Assembly (NCBI GenBank): GCA_963785895.1 | Contig: CAWAXB010000006.1 | Location: 24,062-88,061 of the forward strand | Length of the DNA stretch: 64,000 nucleotides | Direction of reading: 5' to 3' | DNA from: an uncultured Actinomycetes bacterium | Lineage (GTDB): Bacteria > Actinomycetota > Thermoleophilia > Gaiellales > Gaiellaceae | Shown: piece after piece, positions 47,152 to 59,115 of the stretch | Numbering within the stretch: position 1 is the stretch's first letter | How the letters are laid out: every line of letters begins with the position of its first letter | Notes under the pieces: model-generated | Database searches by the model: none | What the model saw: the letters and a program-made list of their open reading frames with translations, nothing else | What the model was told of the DNA's origin: nothing | Made by a program: the position numbers and the translations under genes

Positions 47152-47789
47152 ATGACGACCGAACGCATCCTCCTGGCCGACGACCACCCGCTCACACGCG
47201 ACGCGCTCGGGACGCTGCTGCGCCAGAACGGCTTCGACGTCGTCGGCGAAAGCCGGCGGCGGTGAGGAGGCGATCAAGCTCGCACGTGAGCTGCGCCCCG
47301 ACCTCGTGCTGCTTGACCTCTCGATGCCCGACCTGGAGCGGGCTCGAGGCGTTGCCGCTCGTACGCGCTGCGGCGCCCGAGGCGGAGGTGGTCGTGCTGA
47401 CTGCGTCGGAAGACGAAGACAATCTGCTCGCGGCGATTCGCGGCGGCGCGGCCGGCTACCTCCTGAAGACCGAGCCGCCCGAGCGGATCGTCTCGTTTCT
47501 ACGAGGCGTTGCGCGCGGAGAGGCCGCTCTCTCCGGCGCGGTCGCGAAGCGCCTGCTCGACCAGGTGCGGGAGGGCGTGCCGCGCAGAGCCGTGCCGGAA
47601 TCTGTCGCCCGGCTCGTGACCGCCCGGGAGCTCGAGGTGCTGCTGCTGCTCGATCGCCACCTCGGCACGGCCGAGATCGCCGAGCGCCTCTTCATCTCCG
47701 AGCACACGGTGCGCTCGCACGTAAAGAGCCTGCTCGGCAAGCTCAACGTCTCCTCTCGCCGCGAGGCGCTCGAGAAGTTGGAGAGCTGA
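47152..47789 (+). pseudogene. NarL/LuxR-family response regulator, two +1 frameshifts as assembled
   Basis: MTTERILLADDHPLTRDALGTLL...VVGE / AGGGEEAIKLARELRPDLVLLDLSMPDL / SGLEALPL...[11 protein letters not shown]...[19 protein letters not shown]. Extra A at 47249-47251 and extra G at 47335-47336. Confidence 0.85.
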
Positions 47790-48610
47790 AGCCGAACCCG
47801 TCGAGCGCCGCCTCGACGAGGTCGGGCAGCGTCTCGAGGTTGTAGCCGCCCTCGAGCACCGCGGCGACTCGCGGAGCGAGCTCCGCCGTGCGGGCGGCGA
47901 GCTCGCGAAAGCAGCCGGCGCTCAGCTCCAGGTTTGCGAGCGGGTCGTCGACGTGCGCGTCGAATCCGGCCGAGACGAGCAGAAGCTCGGGGTCGAACCG
48001 GCGCACGGCCCGTTCGACCCGTGCGAATGCCTCGAGGTAGGCGCTGTCGCCGGTGCCCGCCGGCGAGCGGCACGTTGACGAGCGTTTCGTGCTGCTCGTC
48101 CGGGCCGCCGCTGCCGGGATAGAACGGCCACTGGTGCAGCGAGGCGAACAGGATGCTCTGGTCGGCCCCGACGATGTCCTGTGTGCCGTTGCCGTGGTGC
48201 ACGTCCCAGTCGACGATCGCGACCCGGCCGATGCCGAGCTCGGCCTGGGCCCAGCGTGCGGCGATCGCGACCGAGTTGAAGATGCAGAAACCCATCCCCC
48301 GGTTGTGCTCGGCGTGGTGGCCGGGCGGGCGCGCCAGCGCGAAGCCGCCTCGCCGCACTGCCTCGAGCGCGGCGCCGGCCGCGAGCAACGCCGCCTCGTA
48401 GGTCGTCGCGGTGCAGATGGTGTCGCCGTCGAGCCGGCCGCTCGTCGTGCGAACGCGTTCGACCAGCGCGGGGGTGTGGCAGCGGAGGATGTCGCCGACG
48501 GACGCCGGGGCGCATTCGACGAACGGGAAACGGTCGTGCAGCACTCGATGCGCCGCTGCGACTCCGGATGCGAGCCCGTCGGGTGCAGGCGCGCGAACGC
48601 GGTGTTGCTG
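47743..48610 (-). pseudogene. histone deacetylase-family (AcuC/Aph-like) protein, two frameshifts as assembled; start unclear
   Basis: [20 protein letters not shown]...[13 protein letters not shown] is in one frame. [41 protein letters not shown]...LEGGYN is in another. Confidence 0.75.
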
Positions 48611-48617
48611 ACGACCT

Positions 48618-49442
48618 CTATGTGGCCGTCCGTTCGGCGAGCCTGGTTGCGACGCCGTTCAGGCCGAGCTGGCGTGCGTGGGCTTCGGCCCGCCGCCAGT
48701 CGGGCGGGGTCGCCACGAGCTCGGGCAGCGGCGCCGCCGGATCCATCGTTGCGATGCTCCGATAGAGCCGGAGCTCGTCGGCGATCGCCGGGAACCGCCC
48801 ATCGGCGAGAGCGGCTTCGAGCGAGCCGTACTGCGCGATCAGCTCGGCAGCTTTCTTGGGGCCGATCCCCGGCGCGCCCGGGATCTTGTCGGAGGGGTCG
48901 CCGCGGAGGGCGATGAAGTCGGGCACCTGGGCCGGCTCGACGCCGTAGCGCTCGCGCACCCCGGACGGCCCGACCCGGGCGAGCTCCGACACGCCCTTCA
49001 CGGGTTGCAGGATCGTGACGCGGTCCGAGACGAGCTGGTAGGCATCGCGGTCGGAGGTGGCCACGAGCACCGGGCCGGGCCAGGTGGCAGCTGCGGCCGC
49101 GAGAAAGTCGTCGGCCTCGAAACCGGGCGCCTTCCCGACGAGGAAGCCGAACGACTCGACCAGCTCGGGGAGCCGCGCCAGCTGCTCGACGATCCCGTCC
49201 TCGAACTCGCGTCCCGACTGGTACGCCGGCAGTGCCTCGTGCCGGTAGGTCGGCGTCTCGAGCGAGTCCCAGCCGACGAGCACCGCGCCCGGCCGCTCCG
49301 CGTCCCACAGCCGCATCAGGAAACCCGCGAAGCCGACGAGGGCGTTCGCCGGACGTCCGGCGCCGTCGCGCATCTGCTTGGGGAGCCCGTGGTAGGCGCG
49401 ATGGGCGAGCGAGTCGCCGTCGACCGCGAGCAGCGTGCTCAC
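48618..49442 (-). CDS. 5'-3' exonuclease (Pol I N-terminal / FEN-like)
   Basis: [18 protein letters not shown]...[11 protein letters not shown]...[10 protein letters not shown]...[25 protein letters not shown]. Confidence 0.88.
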   Translation of the reverse strand: MSTLLAVDGDSLAHRAYHGLPKQMRDGAGRPANALVGFAGFLMRLWDAERPGAVLVGWDSLETPTYRHEALPAYQSGREFEDGIVEQLARLPELVESFGFLVGKAPGFEADDFLAAAAATWPGPVLVATSDRDAYQLVSDRVTILQPVKGVSELARVGPSGVRERYGVEPAQVPDFIALRGDPSDKIPGAPGIGPKKAAELIAQYGSLEAALADGRFPAIADELRLYRSIATMDPAAPLPELVATPPDWRRAEAHARQLGLNGVATRLAERTAT

Positions 49443-50065
49443 AGCGAGCCTTCGAGCTCGCGGATCGCCGCCATCACACGTTCGGTTGCGATTCGCGCGG
49501 CCTCGGCCGGGTCGAGACCGTCAAGGTCGTCGAACGCAACCGGGGCGCCGTAGGCGACGCGCCAGCGCGCGAGCCGCCGCAGATCGGCGGTTCCCTTGAT
49601 GCCGGCGGGGACGAGCGGGACGCCCGCCTCGAGGGCGATGCGCGCGGCCCCGGTGTGCGCCTCGGCGACCCGCGTCTTGCGGAGGCCCTTCTTACGGCGA
49701 GTCCCCTCCGGGAACATCGCGATCACGTTTCCGGCGCGTGCGAGCGACACCGCCTGCTCGATCGCCTCCCGGTCGGCCTGCCCGCGCCGCACCTTGAACG
49801 CTCCGCAGGCCGCGATCAGCGGGCCGAGCGGGAACCAGAACAGCTCCGACTTCGCCATGAAGCGCAGGAAGCGGTGCGGCCAGAGCGCGAGCCCGATTGC
49901 CCAGGGGTCGAGGTTCGAGGCGTGCCCGGCCGCCAGGACATAGCCGCCGGCGGCGGGCAGATTCTCGCGGCCCCGGGGCCTGTAGCGGAAGACGAGGTGC
50001 AGCACCGGCCAGGAAACAACGGCAATTGCGGAGTAGAGCGGGGTGGGCCGGGGCGGACGTGCCAT
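49439..50065 (-). CDS. plsC: 1-acyl-sn-glycerol-3-phosphate acyltransferase family protein
   Basis: AAGHASNLDPW (HxxxxD), MFPEGTR, and VPLVPAGIKG. Overlaps the downstream gene by 4 nt. Confidence 0.8.
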   Translation of the reverse strand: MARPPRPTPLYSAIAVVSWPVLHLVFRYRPRGRENLPAAGGYVLAAGHASNLDPWAIGLALWPHRFLRFMAKSELFWFPLGPLIAACGAFKVRRGQADREAIEQAVSLARAGNVIAMFPEGTRRKKGLRKTRVAEAHTGAARIALEAGVPLVPAGIKGTADLRRLARWRVAYGAPVAFDDLDGLDPAEAARIATERVMAAIRELEGSL

Positions 50066-50115
50066 CGGCGGCGAGTATCGCTGATCCGTGCCACGGCGCT
50101 ATGGTGGCGCGCGAA

Positions 50116-52701
50116 ATGGCTGCCTCCAAAGACCGCAAGCTCGTGATCGTCGAGTCGCCCGCCAAGGCGAAGACGATCGCGGGCTACCTCGGCCCCGGGT
50201 ACATCGTCGAGTCGTCGATCGGGCACATCCGCGACCTGCCCAACAACGCCTCCGAGATTCCCGCAAAGCTCAAAGGCGAGGAGTGGGCGCGCCTCGGTGT
50301 CAACGTCGACAACGACTTCGAGCCGATCTACGTCGTCGACTCGCGGAAGAAGAAGGTCGTCGCCGATCTGAAAGCCAAGCTGAAAGGCGCGGACGAGCTG
50401 TTGCTCGCGACGGACGAAGATCGCGAGGGCGAGGCGATCGCCTGGCATCTCCGGGAGGTGCTCGCGCCGACGGTGCCGGTGCGGCGGATGGTCTTCCACG
50501 AGATCACCCGTCCTGCCATCGAGAAGGCACTGACCGAGACCCGCGAGATCGACGACGCCCTCGTCGACGCTCAGGAGACACGTCGCATCCTCGATCGCCT
50601 CTACGGCTACGGCGTCTCGCCGGTGCTCTGGCGGAAGATCATGCAGGGGCTGTCCGCGGGCCGGGTGCAGTCGGTGGCCACTCGCCTCGTCGTCGAGCGT
50701 GAGCGCGAGCGGATGAGATTCGTCGCCGCCGACTACTGGGACGTCGTCACCACGTTCGAGCCCGGAGCGTTCACCGCCCGCCTGGCCGCCGTCGACGGAA
50801 AGCGCGTCGCCCAGGGACGGGACTTCGGCCAGGACGGGACGCTCCGCTCGCCTGCACTCGCCCAGGCCCCTGAGGTCGTCCAGCTCGCCGAGGCCGACGC
50901 ACGCGAGCTGGCCGCCAAGCTCGACGGCGCGGCATTTGCGGTCACGTCGGTCGAGGAGAAGCCGTACACCCGCCGGCCCGCCGCTCCGTTCATGACGTCG
51001 ACCTTGCAGCAGGAGGCGAGCCGCAAGCTGCGGCTCTCGTCGCAGCAGACGATGCGCGTTGCCCAGCGCCTCTACGAGAACGGGTACATCACCTACATGC
51101 GCACCGACTCGACGACCCTGTCGGAGTCGGCGCTCGCCGCGGCGCGCGACCAGGCGCGCGAGCTGTACGGAGCGGACGCCGTGCCGGCCGAGCCGCGGCG
51201 CTACGAGCGCAAGGTGAGGAACGCGCAGGAGGCACACGAGGCGATCCGTCCGGCCGGCGACCGCTTCCGGACACCCGACCAGGTCGCGCGCGAGCTGTCG
51301 GGCGACGAGCTGAAGCTCTATGACCTGATCTGGAAGCGGACCGTCGCGTCGCAGATGGCCGACGCGCGCGGGCAGACCGTGTCGGTGCGCATCGCGGCGG
51401 CCGCCGCCGACGGCCGGGCGACCGAGTTCGCCACTGCGGGCACCGTGATCACGTTCCGCGGCTTCCTGCTCGCCTACGAGGAGGGCCGGGACGACCCGTC
51501 GGTCGACGCGGAGGAGAAGGTGTTGCCGGCGCTGCACGAGGGAGATGCTCTGTCGGCGACTGCGCTCGAGCCGGAGGGGCACTCCACCTCGCCGCCGGCA
51601 CGGTTCACCGAGGCGAGCCTTGTCAAGGCGCTCGAGGAGCGCGGCATCGGCCGCCCGTCGACGTACGCGGCGATCATGGGCACGATCCTCGACCGCGGCT
51701 ATGTGCGCAAGCAGGGGCAGGCGCTGATTCCCGAGTTCCTCGCGTTCTCGGTCGTCCAGTTGCTCGAGCAGCATTTCTCGCGTCTCGTCGACTACGAGTT
51801 CACCGCCCGGATGGAGGACGATCTCGACGAGATCGCCTCTGGCGAGGAAGCGCGCAGCACCTGGCTGCAGCGCTTCTACTTCGGCGAGAACGGCAACGAC
51901 GGGCTGAAGTCGCAGATCGAAGGCCGCCTTGACGAGATCGACGCACGCGAGGTCAACACGGTGAGCCTGCCGCGCACGGACATCGTCGTGCGCGTCGGCA
52001 AGTACGGTCCGTACCTCGAGCGCGGCGAAGAGCGGCAGACGCTGCCGCCCGACATCGCACCCGACGAGCTGACGCCCGAGCGCGCTGAAGAGCTTCTCGC
52101 GCAGGCGGGCAACGAGCACGAGCTGGGCGTCGATCCGCAGACCGGCCACACGATCGCGTTGCGCGCGGGCCGCTACGGCCCGTACGTGACGGAGCTGCTC
52201 GACGGCGACGAGAAGCCGCGGACGGCTTCGCTCTTCAAGTCGATGTCGCCCGAGACGGTGACCCTCGAAGACGCACTCCGCCTGCTCACATTGCCCCGCA
52301 CGCTCGGCGAGTCCGAAGGTGAAGAGGTGGTCGCCGCCAACGGCAGGTACGGCCCGTACGTGAAGAAGGGCAAGGAGTCGAGATCGCTCGACAACGAGGA
52401 GCAGCTGTTCTCGATCACGCTCGAAGAGGCGCTGGCGAAGCTCGCCGAGCCGAAGCAGCGTGGCCGCCGCGCCGCGGCACCGCCGCTCAAGGAGCTGGGC
52501 GATGACCCCGTCAGCGGTAAGCCGATCGTCCTCAAGGAAGGCCGCTTCGGCCCGTACGTGACCGATGGCGAGACGAATGCGAGCCTGCGGGCGGCCGACT
52601 CGATCGAGGAGATCACGCCCGAACGGGCCGCGGAGCTCCTGCAGAACCGGCGTGAGCAAGGCCCCGCAAAGAAGAAGCGCACCGCCCGGAAACGCTCGTA
52701 A
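50116..52701 (+). CDS. topA: DNA topoisomerase I (actinobacterial type, C-terminal GxYGPY repeats, Lys-rich tail)
   Basis: KLVIVESPAKAKTIAGYLG...ATDEDREGEAIAWH...ITYMRTDS. C-terminal repeats GKYGPYLE, GRYGPYVTE, GRYGPYVKK and GRFGPYVTD, with no Cys zinc fingers. An alternative ATG lies at 50101. Confidence 0.93.
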   Translation: MAASKDRKLVIVESPAKAKTIAGYLGPGYIVESSIGHIRDLPNNASEIPAKLKGEEWARLGVNVDNDFEPIYVVDSRKKKVVADLKAKLKGADELLLATDEDREGEAIAWHLREVLAPTVPVRRMVFHEITRPAIEKALTETREIDDALVDAQETRRILDRLYGYGVSPVLWRKIMQGLSAGRVQSVATRLVVERERERMRFVAADYWDVVTTFEPGAFTARLAAVDGKRVAQGRDFGQDGTLRSPALAQAPEVVQLAEADARELAAKLDGAAFAVTSVEEKPYTRRPAAPFMTSTLQQEASRKLRLSSQQTMRVAQRLYENGYITYMRTDSTTLSESALAAARDQARELYGADAVPAEPRRYERKVRNAQEAHEAIRPAGDRFRTPDQVARELSGDELKLYDLIWKRTVASQMADARGQTVSVRIAAAAADGRATEFATAGTVITFRGFLLAYEEGRDDPSVDAEEKVLPALHEGDALSATALEPEGHSTSPPARFTEASLVKALEERGIGRPSTYAAIMGTILDRGYVRKQGQALIPEFLAFSVVQLLEQHFSRLVDYEFTARMEDDLDEIASGEEARSTWLQRFYFGENGNDGLKSQIEGRLDEIDAREVNTVSLPRTDIVVRVGKYGPYLERGEERQTLPPDIAPDELTPERAEELLAQAGNEHELGVDPQTGHTIALRAGRYGPYVTELLDGDEKPRTASLFKSMSPETVTLEDALRLLTLPRTLGESEGEEVVAANGRYGPYVKKGKESRSLDNEEQLFSITLEEALAKLAEPKQRGRRAAAPPLKELGDDPVSGKPIVLKEGRFGPYVTDGETNASLRAADSIEEITPERAAELLQNRREQGPAKKKRTARKRS

Positions 52702-52841
52702 CGGTTCGTTCCACATTTACCGCCCTGGACGGTCCATAATCCAGGTCGGCCGGCAGGAATGGCTGCGCCGCCGTACGCGTTGACAGTGGCGGTACCCTGG
52801 CCCGGCCCGGGATTTGGAGCTCAGAACGCAGGCAGGCAGGT

Positions 52842-53957
52842 TTGCAGTGCCTGTTGGAGAAACGAAAGGACATCGATTCCCACTTGACCCAGACTCAGCT
52901 TTCCGAACTGCTCGACACCGAGAGCGCCCTCACATTGATCGCGGCGGGCGAGGAGCGCGGCTGGATCGAGCCGGCCGAGCTCGAAGCGTTCGCCGTCGAG
53001 AACGACCTGCCCGAGGGCGAGGTCGCCGATGTCGTCAAGGAGCTCGAGCGCATCGGGCTCGAGGTGCGCGAGCCGGTCACCGAGGAGAAGAACACGAAGC
53101 ACAAGCCGGAGCCCGTGGTCTACGAGGCGTCGGCTCCTTCAGGCGCGGGCGACAGCCTGCAGCTCTTCCTCGCCGACGTCGGAAAGCACAAGCTCCTCAC
53201 CGCGCATGAGGAGGTCGTCCTTGCGAAGGCGATCGAGCGCGGCGACGGGCGGGCGAAACGCCGCATGATCGAGTCGAACCTGCGCCTTGTCGTCTCGATC
53301 GCGAAAGGCTACCGCGGTCTCGGTGTTCCGTTCCTCGACCTGATCCAGGAGGGGACGCTGGGATTGAATCGCGCGGTCGAGAAGTTCGACTGGCGCCGTG
53401 GCTACAAGTTTTCGACGTACGCGACCTGGTGGATCCGGCAGAGCGTGCAGCGCGCGGTTGCGAACCACGCGCGCACGATCCGCGTGCCGGTGCACGTCGT
53501 CGAGCGCCAGCAGAAGCTGTCGCGCGCAGCGCGCCGGCTCGAGGTGGAGCTGGGTCGCGAGGCGACGAAGGAGGAGCTGGCCGAGGCGACCGGGCTGCCG
53601 CTTCAGCACGTCGAGGAGGCTCTCTCGGCCGCGTCGGCTTCGGTCTCGCTGAACCAGACGGTCGGCGCAGACGACGAGGGCGAGCTCGGCGATCTGTTCG
53701 CCGACCGTGAAGCCGCCGATCCGTTCGAGGAGGCCGAGGAGTCGTTGCGCCGCCAGAACATCCGCAAGGCACTCGATGCGCTACCCGAGCGTGAGCGGCG
53801 AATTCTCGAGCTTCGCTTCGGGTTCGAGGGCGAGCCGTGGACGCTCGAGGCGATCGGTCACGAGCTCGATCTGACGCGCGAACGCGTCCGCCAGCTCGAG
53901 GGCCAGGCGCTCTCACGGCTCGCGGCGCTGCGCGAGCTCGCCGGCCTCGCAGCCTGA
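52842..53957 (+). CDS. rpoD: RNA polymerase sigma-70 factor, principal (group 1/2) type
   Basis: [32 protein letters not shown]...[55 protein letters not shown]...[22 protein letters not shown] start. Confidence 0.88.
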   Translation: MQCLLEKRKDIDSHLTQTQLSELLDTESALTLIAAGEERGWIEPAELEAFAVENDLPEGEVADVVKELERIGLEVREPVTEEKNTKHKPEPVVYEASAPSGAGDSLQLFLADVGKHKLLTAHEEVVLAKAIERGDGRAKRRMIESNLRLVVSIAKGYRGLGVPFLDLIQEGTLGLNRAVEKFDWRRGYKFSTYATWWIRQSVQRAVANHARTIRVPVHVVERQQKLSRAARRLEVELGREATKEELAEATGLPLQHVEEALSAASASVSLNQTVGADDEGELGDLFADREAADPFEEAEESLRRQNIRKALDALPERERRILELRFGFEGEPWTLEAIGHELDLTRERVRQLEGQALSRLAALRELAGLAA

Positions 53958-53971
53958 CGATCGGCGGGGTC

Positions 53972-55022
53972 TTACGCAGCGCCTTCGAGGCGCTGCTGGT
54001 CGTGCCGTAGGGCGCCTTCGGCCTGGTAGATCTCCGCATCGGTCATCGGCCACTTCTCGAGCGGGTAGTGGCAGGCGGCCTCGTGGTGCGGTGCGAGCTC
54101 GCGCAGGAGGGGCGTCTCGACGTCACAGTGGCCCTTGTGGAAGCGCGGGCAGCGGGGGTGGAACACGCAGGCCGCGCGGCGGGAAGATCGGCGAGGGCAC
54201 GTCGCCGCTCAGCACGATCCGCTCGCGGCCGCCGGTGGTCGCGCGCGGCACGGCGGATAGGAGCGCCGCCGTGTATGGATGCTTCGGGTTGTCGTAGATC
54301 GATTCGCTGTCGCCGATCTCGGCGATCTGGCCGAGGTACATGACCGCGATCCGGTCGGCGATCTGCCGGATCACCGACAGGTCGTGCGAGATGAAGACGT
54401 ACGTCAGGTTGAAGTCCTTTTGCAGGTTGCGCAGGAGGTTCAGGACCTGCGCCTGGATCGAGACGTCGAGCGCCGACACGGGCTCGTCGCAGACGATCAG
54501 CTTCGGCGACAGCGCGAGCGCGCGCGCGACCCCGATCCGCTGGCGCTGCCCGCCCGAGAACTCGTGTGGGTACCGGTTGTAGTGCTCGGGGCTCAGGCCG
54601 ACCGTCTCGAGCAACTCCTGTACGCGCGACTTCGCCTTCTTCTCGCCGTGGATGGCGAACGGCGAGCCGACGATCTGCCCGACGGTCTTGCGCGGGTTCA
54701 GCGACGAGTACGGATCCTGGAAGATCATCTGCATCTCGCGGCGGAGCGGGCGAAGCTGGCGCTGCGAGAGCTTCGAGATGTCGCGACCCTGGAAGCGGAT
54801 CGTTCCCGACGTGGGGTCGAGGAGACGCAGGATCAACCGCGCCGTCGTCGATTTGCCGCAGCCCGACTCGCCGACGATCCCCAGCGTCTCGCCGCTGCGT
54901 ACCTCGAACGAGATGTCCTCGACCGCGTGCACCATGCCTTTGCCGCGCGCAAACACCCCCTGCTTGACCGGGAAGTGTTTCGTCAGGTGCTCGACCTCGA
55001 CCAGGTTCTCGCTCACGCCCAT
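53972..55022 (-). pseudogene. peptide/nickel-type ABC transporter ATP-binding protein (OppF-like), one frameshift near 54170 as assembled
   Basis: [27 protein letters not shown], and [10 protein letters not shown]. The C-terminal Cys motif [13 protein letters not shown] is in ORF 53972-54166. Confidence 0.8.
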
Positions 55023-55066
55023 GGCCCCCCTTTCGCTTCCGCCCGGCGGAGCCGGGGCGAGCCTGC

Positions 55067-56137
55067 TCATGCAGCATCCCCGAGGCGCGAGATCGAACGC
55101 TTCCCGCCCAGATCGAGCTTCTTCTCCCACGGCAGGTAGCACGCGTCGAGATGAGAGCCGGCGACGGGCGCCTCGAGCGGCGGCGGCGGGTCGATCGGGC
55201 ACGGCGCAAAGGCATAGGGACAGCGCGGGTGGAACGGGCAGCCGGAGGGCGGGTTGAGCAGTGACGGCGGGGAGCCCTCGATCGGTACGAGCGCTGCCAG
55301 GCGCCGTTCGATCGTCGGCATCGAGTCGAGCAAGCCCCAGGTGTACGGATGCTGCGGCTGTCCGAAGATGTCGTCGGCGGGGCCGTACTCCATGATCCGC
55401 CCCGCGTACATCACCATCACCGAGGTCGCCGTCTCGGCGATCACGCCGAGGTCGTGCGTGACCAGGATCACGCCGATGTCGAACTCGCGCTTGACCTCTT
55501 CGATCAGCTCGATGATCTGCGCCTGCACGGTCACGTCGAGCGCGGTCGTCGGTTCGTCGCAGATCAGGATCGCTGGGTTGTGGACGAGCGCCATCGCGAT
55601 CATTGCGCGCTGCCGCATGCCGCCGGAGAACTGATGGGGGTAGTCGCGCGCACGGCTCTTGGCATTCGGGATCCCGACATGGTCGAGCAGCTCGACGGCG
55701 CGGGCGCTTGCTTCGGATTTGCTCACATGAGAGTGGGCGAGCACCGCTTCGATGATCTGGTCGCCGACCCGGTACATCGGGTGCAGGCATGCGAACGGAT
55801 CCTGGAAGACCATTGCGATGTCCTTGCCGCGGATCTTCTGCAGCTCGCCGGGCGGCAGGGTGAGTAGGTCGCGCCCGAGGAAGTCGACTTCGCCGCTGAT
55901 CTGCGTACGGTCGCGGTTCAGCAGCCCCATGATCGCGAGGTTCGAGACGCTCTTGCCCGAGCCGGATTCGCCCACGACGCCGAGCGTCTCACCGCGGCTG
56001 AGCGAATAGCTGACGTTGCTGACCGCCTGGACGATTCCGTCCGTCGTCGGGAAGCGGACAGTGAGCCCGCGCACGTCGAGGAGCCGCTGCTTGTCAGTGC
56101 CCATGACAGTCTCGATCGAGCTTGCGCTCGCGCTCAC
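55067..56137 (-). CDS. peptide/nickel-type ABC transporter ATP-binding protein (OppD-like)
   Basis: [37 protein letters not shown], and C-terminal [14 protein letters not shown]. The GTG overlaps the permease stop (an alternative ATG lies at 56104). Confidence 0.88.
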   Translation of the reverse strand: MSASASSIETVMGTDKQRLLDVRGLTVRFPTTDGIVQAVSNVSYSLSRGETLGVVGESGSGKSVSNLAIMGLLNRDRTQISGEVDFLGRDLLTLPPGELQKIRGKDIAMVFQDPFACLHPMYRVGDQIIEAVLAHSHVSKSEASARAVELLDHVGIPNAKSRARDYPHQFSGGMRQRAMIAMALVHNPAILICDEPTTALDVTVQAQIIELIEEVKREFDIGVILVTHDLGVIAETATSVMVMYAGRIMEYGPADDIFGQPQHPYTWGLLDSMPTIERRLAALVPIEGSPPSLLNPPSGCPFHPRCPYAFAPCPIDPPPPLEAPVAGSHLDACYLPWEKKLDLGGKRSISRLGDAA

Positions 56138-57100
56138 GCGTAGCGCACCCGCGGGTCGAGGAAGGCGTAGACGATGTCGACGAGCAGGTTCATCAACGCG
56201 ACCGCGACGGCGGCGAGCAGCACGACTCCGAGCACGGTGGGCAGGTCCTGGCTGAGCGCGCCGTTGATGGCGAGATACCCGAGCCCCTGCAGGTTGAAGA
56301 CCGACTCGGTGATCACCGCACCGCCCACGAGCAGAGCGATGTCGAGCCCGAACATCGTCACGATCGGGGTGAGGCTCGCGCGCAGCGCGTGCTTGAAGAT
56401 CACCCGCGCGTTCCGACAGCCCCTTCGCGCGGGCCGTGCGTATGTAGTCCTCGCCGAGCGTCTCGAGCAGGTTGTTGCGCGTCATCCGGGCATAGAAGGC
56501 CGCATAGAGCATGCCAGCGCCACCCACGGCAACCACATGTGCGAGAGGAAGCCGCCGACGCTGTCGGTGGGCGACACGTAGCCGGTGCCCGCCGACCAGC
56601 CGAGCTGCCGCCAGAAGATGTACAGGCCCATCAGTCCGAGCCAGAAGACCGGCGCCGAGATGCCGAAGAGGGCGAAGCCCATCGCGGCCCGGTCGGTCAA
56701 CGAGCGGCGCTTGACGGCGGAGATGATTCCGATCGAGACGCCCGAGGTGAGCCAGAGCACGGCCGAGCCGGCGATCAGGAGCAGGGTGCGCGGCGCGCGG
56801 TCGATGATCAGCGACAAGCACCGAGGTCTGGCCGGAGAACGTGTAGCCGAGCCCGGGCCAGCCGTACTGGTCGCCACTGAAGAACGTCTTGATGAACTTG
56901 AGGAACTGGATGTACCAGGCGCGGTCGAGCCCCAGCCGGTGCCGGATCAGCTCGAGCTCCACCGGGGTCGGGTTCTTGCCGGCGAAGCGCAGCGCCGGGT
57001 CGCCGGCGGGGAGCACGTAGAAGACGACGAAGGTGATGGCGATCACCGCCGCGACGACGATGAGCGTCCAGAAAAGTCGGCGTACGATGTAGAAGGCCAT
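56134..57100 (-). pseudogene. peptide/nickel-type ABC permease (OppB-like), about 3 frameshifts as assembled
   Basis: The pieces MAFYIVRRLFWTLIVVAAVIAITFVVFYVLPGDP..., SLIIDRAPRTLLLIAGSAVLW..., YIRTARAKGLSER and IFKHALRASLTPIVTMFGLDIALLVGGAVITESVF are in different frames. Confidence 0.8.
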
Positions 57101-57179
57101 TCGATTTTCCTCGGTCGTCGTCGGGAAAGGGTGAGGCGGGGCGCCGAACGGCGCCCCGCCCTCGTCGTTCATTTCAGCC

Positions 57180-59080
57180 TTACTTCTGCGAAACCGCCAC
57201 CTGTGAGTAGGCGGTCGTGTCGCTGAACTGGTCGTACGACCAGTTCGTGACCTTCGGGCCGACGATGATGACGTTGTTGGCCCAGAGGTACGGCACCCAC
57301 GGAACAACCTGGGTCATCAGCTTCTTGTCCAGGTTCTCCCAGCAGGTCGTGCGGTCCTGGCCGAGCTTCGCCTGGCAGGCGTCGACGTCGGCGTTGACCG
57401 ACGGGATGCCGTTCAGGTTCCCCTTCACGCCGAGCTTCTTGGCGGTGTTGATCTCAGGGGTGATTCCGACGAGCGAGTAGTTCGTGTTGCCCGACGGGAT
57501 CAACGCGCGGCTGTCGAAGAGCTCGCCGAAGAACGTGTACGGGTCGGCGTAGTCCTTCCCCCAGCCGGGACGCTCGGAGATCGGGACGTTCTTGTTGGTG
57601 GTCTGGAGGAGTCGGGTACGCGCCGTTGATTGCGCGCACCGTGAACGTGACGCCGATCTTGGCGGCGTCGGCCTGGATGACCGGAACCATCCGGGTGTCG
57701 AGGCGCACGCGTATCGACGATCATGAGAACACCCTTGCAGGCGGAGGCGGTGCACTTGCCCGTCTTGCCCGGGTCGTACTTGGACTGCTTCACCTCGGCG
57801 GCCGCCTTGGCGACGTCGCCGATGTGACCGGGGGTCGAGTACGGGTCGTACTCGGCGAGCCCGTTGTTGTACATGACCGGCGGCGCGATGTGCGTCGCGA
57901 TCGACCCGAGCAGCGGGCCGCCCCATGCCTTCCGCAGGGCTTCCTTGTCGATGATCAGGTTCATCGCCTTGCGGATGTGGATGTCGTCGAACGGCGCCTG
58001 GGTGAGGTTCATCGTGATGTACCAGGTGCGGTCGCCGACGTTCGAGAGCAGACGCGGCTTCAGCGTCGGGTTGGTCACGTACTCGCGAATCGTCTTCGGC
58101 TGCGGGCTCGACGTCTCGTCGTCGTACTGCCCGGCCTGAACCTTCGCGTAGATGTCGTCCGCGTTCGAGTTGATCAGGAACTTGAACGTGTCCGGATAGT
58201 TCTTCCGGTACTGGTCGGTCGACTGGTCGTAGTTCGGGTTGCGGACGAGGACAAGCTTCTGCCCGTTCGCGCCGGCATAGCCGGCCATCGGCTTGAGCGA
58301 AGCGCACGGGAGGCTGACCTTGTCGGCGCCCTGGATCATGTACGGGCCGGTCGAGATGATGTCGCGGCCGTAGTCACCGGGCTTTCCGTTGAAGCAGTTG
58401 CCGACTTCCGGCGGGATCGGTGCCGTCGCCGGCATGCCCATCCGCAGGTTGAAGTCGCCCGTCTTCGTGGTGAGGTGGAAGACGATCGTGCTGTCGTCCG
58501 GCGTCGTGATGCCGGAGACCGTCTTCGCCTTGCCGCCTCCGACGGCGTCCCAGCCCTTGATCACGGAGTAGTAGAAGCCGTACTGGCCACCCTGCTTCGG
58601 ATCGGCGAGGCGGTTCATCGCGTAGGCGACGTCCTTCGAGGTGACGGCACGGTTGACCGGAGGGCCGAACTTGATGCCGCTCCGGAGCTTGTACGTGTAC
58701 GTCAGCCCGTTATCGGTCGGTGTCGGCACGGATTCGGCGAGATCGCCGATCAGTTGGTTGCCCTCGGCGCCGCCTGCGTGCTTGTAGCCCATGAGTGGGC
58801 GAACCAACAGGTTGTCGAGGATGCCCCATGCATTGCCGAGGTACTCGCCGGTCGGATCGAGGTTGTTCGTGAATCCGAACGAGCTCTCCCAGCCGATGGT
58901 GTACGTACCTCCCTTGGCGGCAGTGCCGTTGGTGTAGCTCGTCTGCACGTTGGACGTTGAGCCCGAGCTCGAGGTGGTGGTGCCGCTCGAGCTCTTCTTG
59001 GACGAGCCACAGCCCGCCGCAAGCGCCGCCAACGCGACAACGGCTACGGCAAAGGCCGCGAGCCGAAGAGATCTCCTCAT
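57180..59080 (-). pseudogene. ABC substrate-binding lipoprotein, family 5 (OppA/DppA-like), two frameshifts near 57620-57720 as assembled
   Basis: Lipobox LAALAAGCGSS with a Ser/Thr linker and a long SBP body. The C-terminal 150 aa are in ORF 57180-58307. Confidence 0.8.
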
Positions 59081-59115
59081 GCGCAACTTCTCCTTTCTGG
59101 GGGTCAAATTCACTA

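Noticed and set aside
48450-48461. CGAACGCGTTCG palindrome as a third LexA box
   Set aside because: The spacer is 2 nt instead of 4, and it lies inside the HDAC-family coding region.
52707-52715. Single DnaA-box-like CGTTCCACA upstream of the sigma factor gene (and TCTTCCACA at 6325-6333)
   Set aside because: These are isolated 7/9 matches, expected by chance, and do not form a cluster.
49816-52716. 966-aa ORF on the minus strand
   Set aside because: It is exactly antisense to topA, Arg/Leu/Asp/Glu-rich and has no motifs. This is a typical stop-free shadow frame of high-GC DNA.
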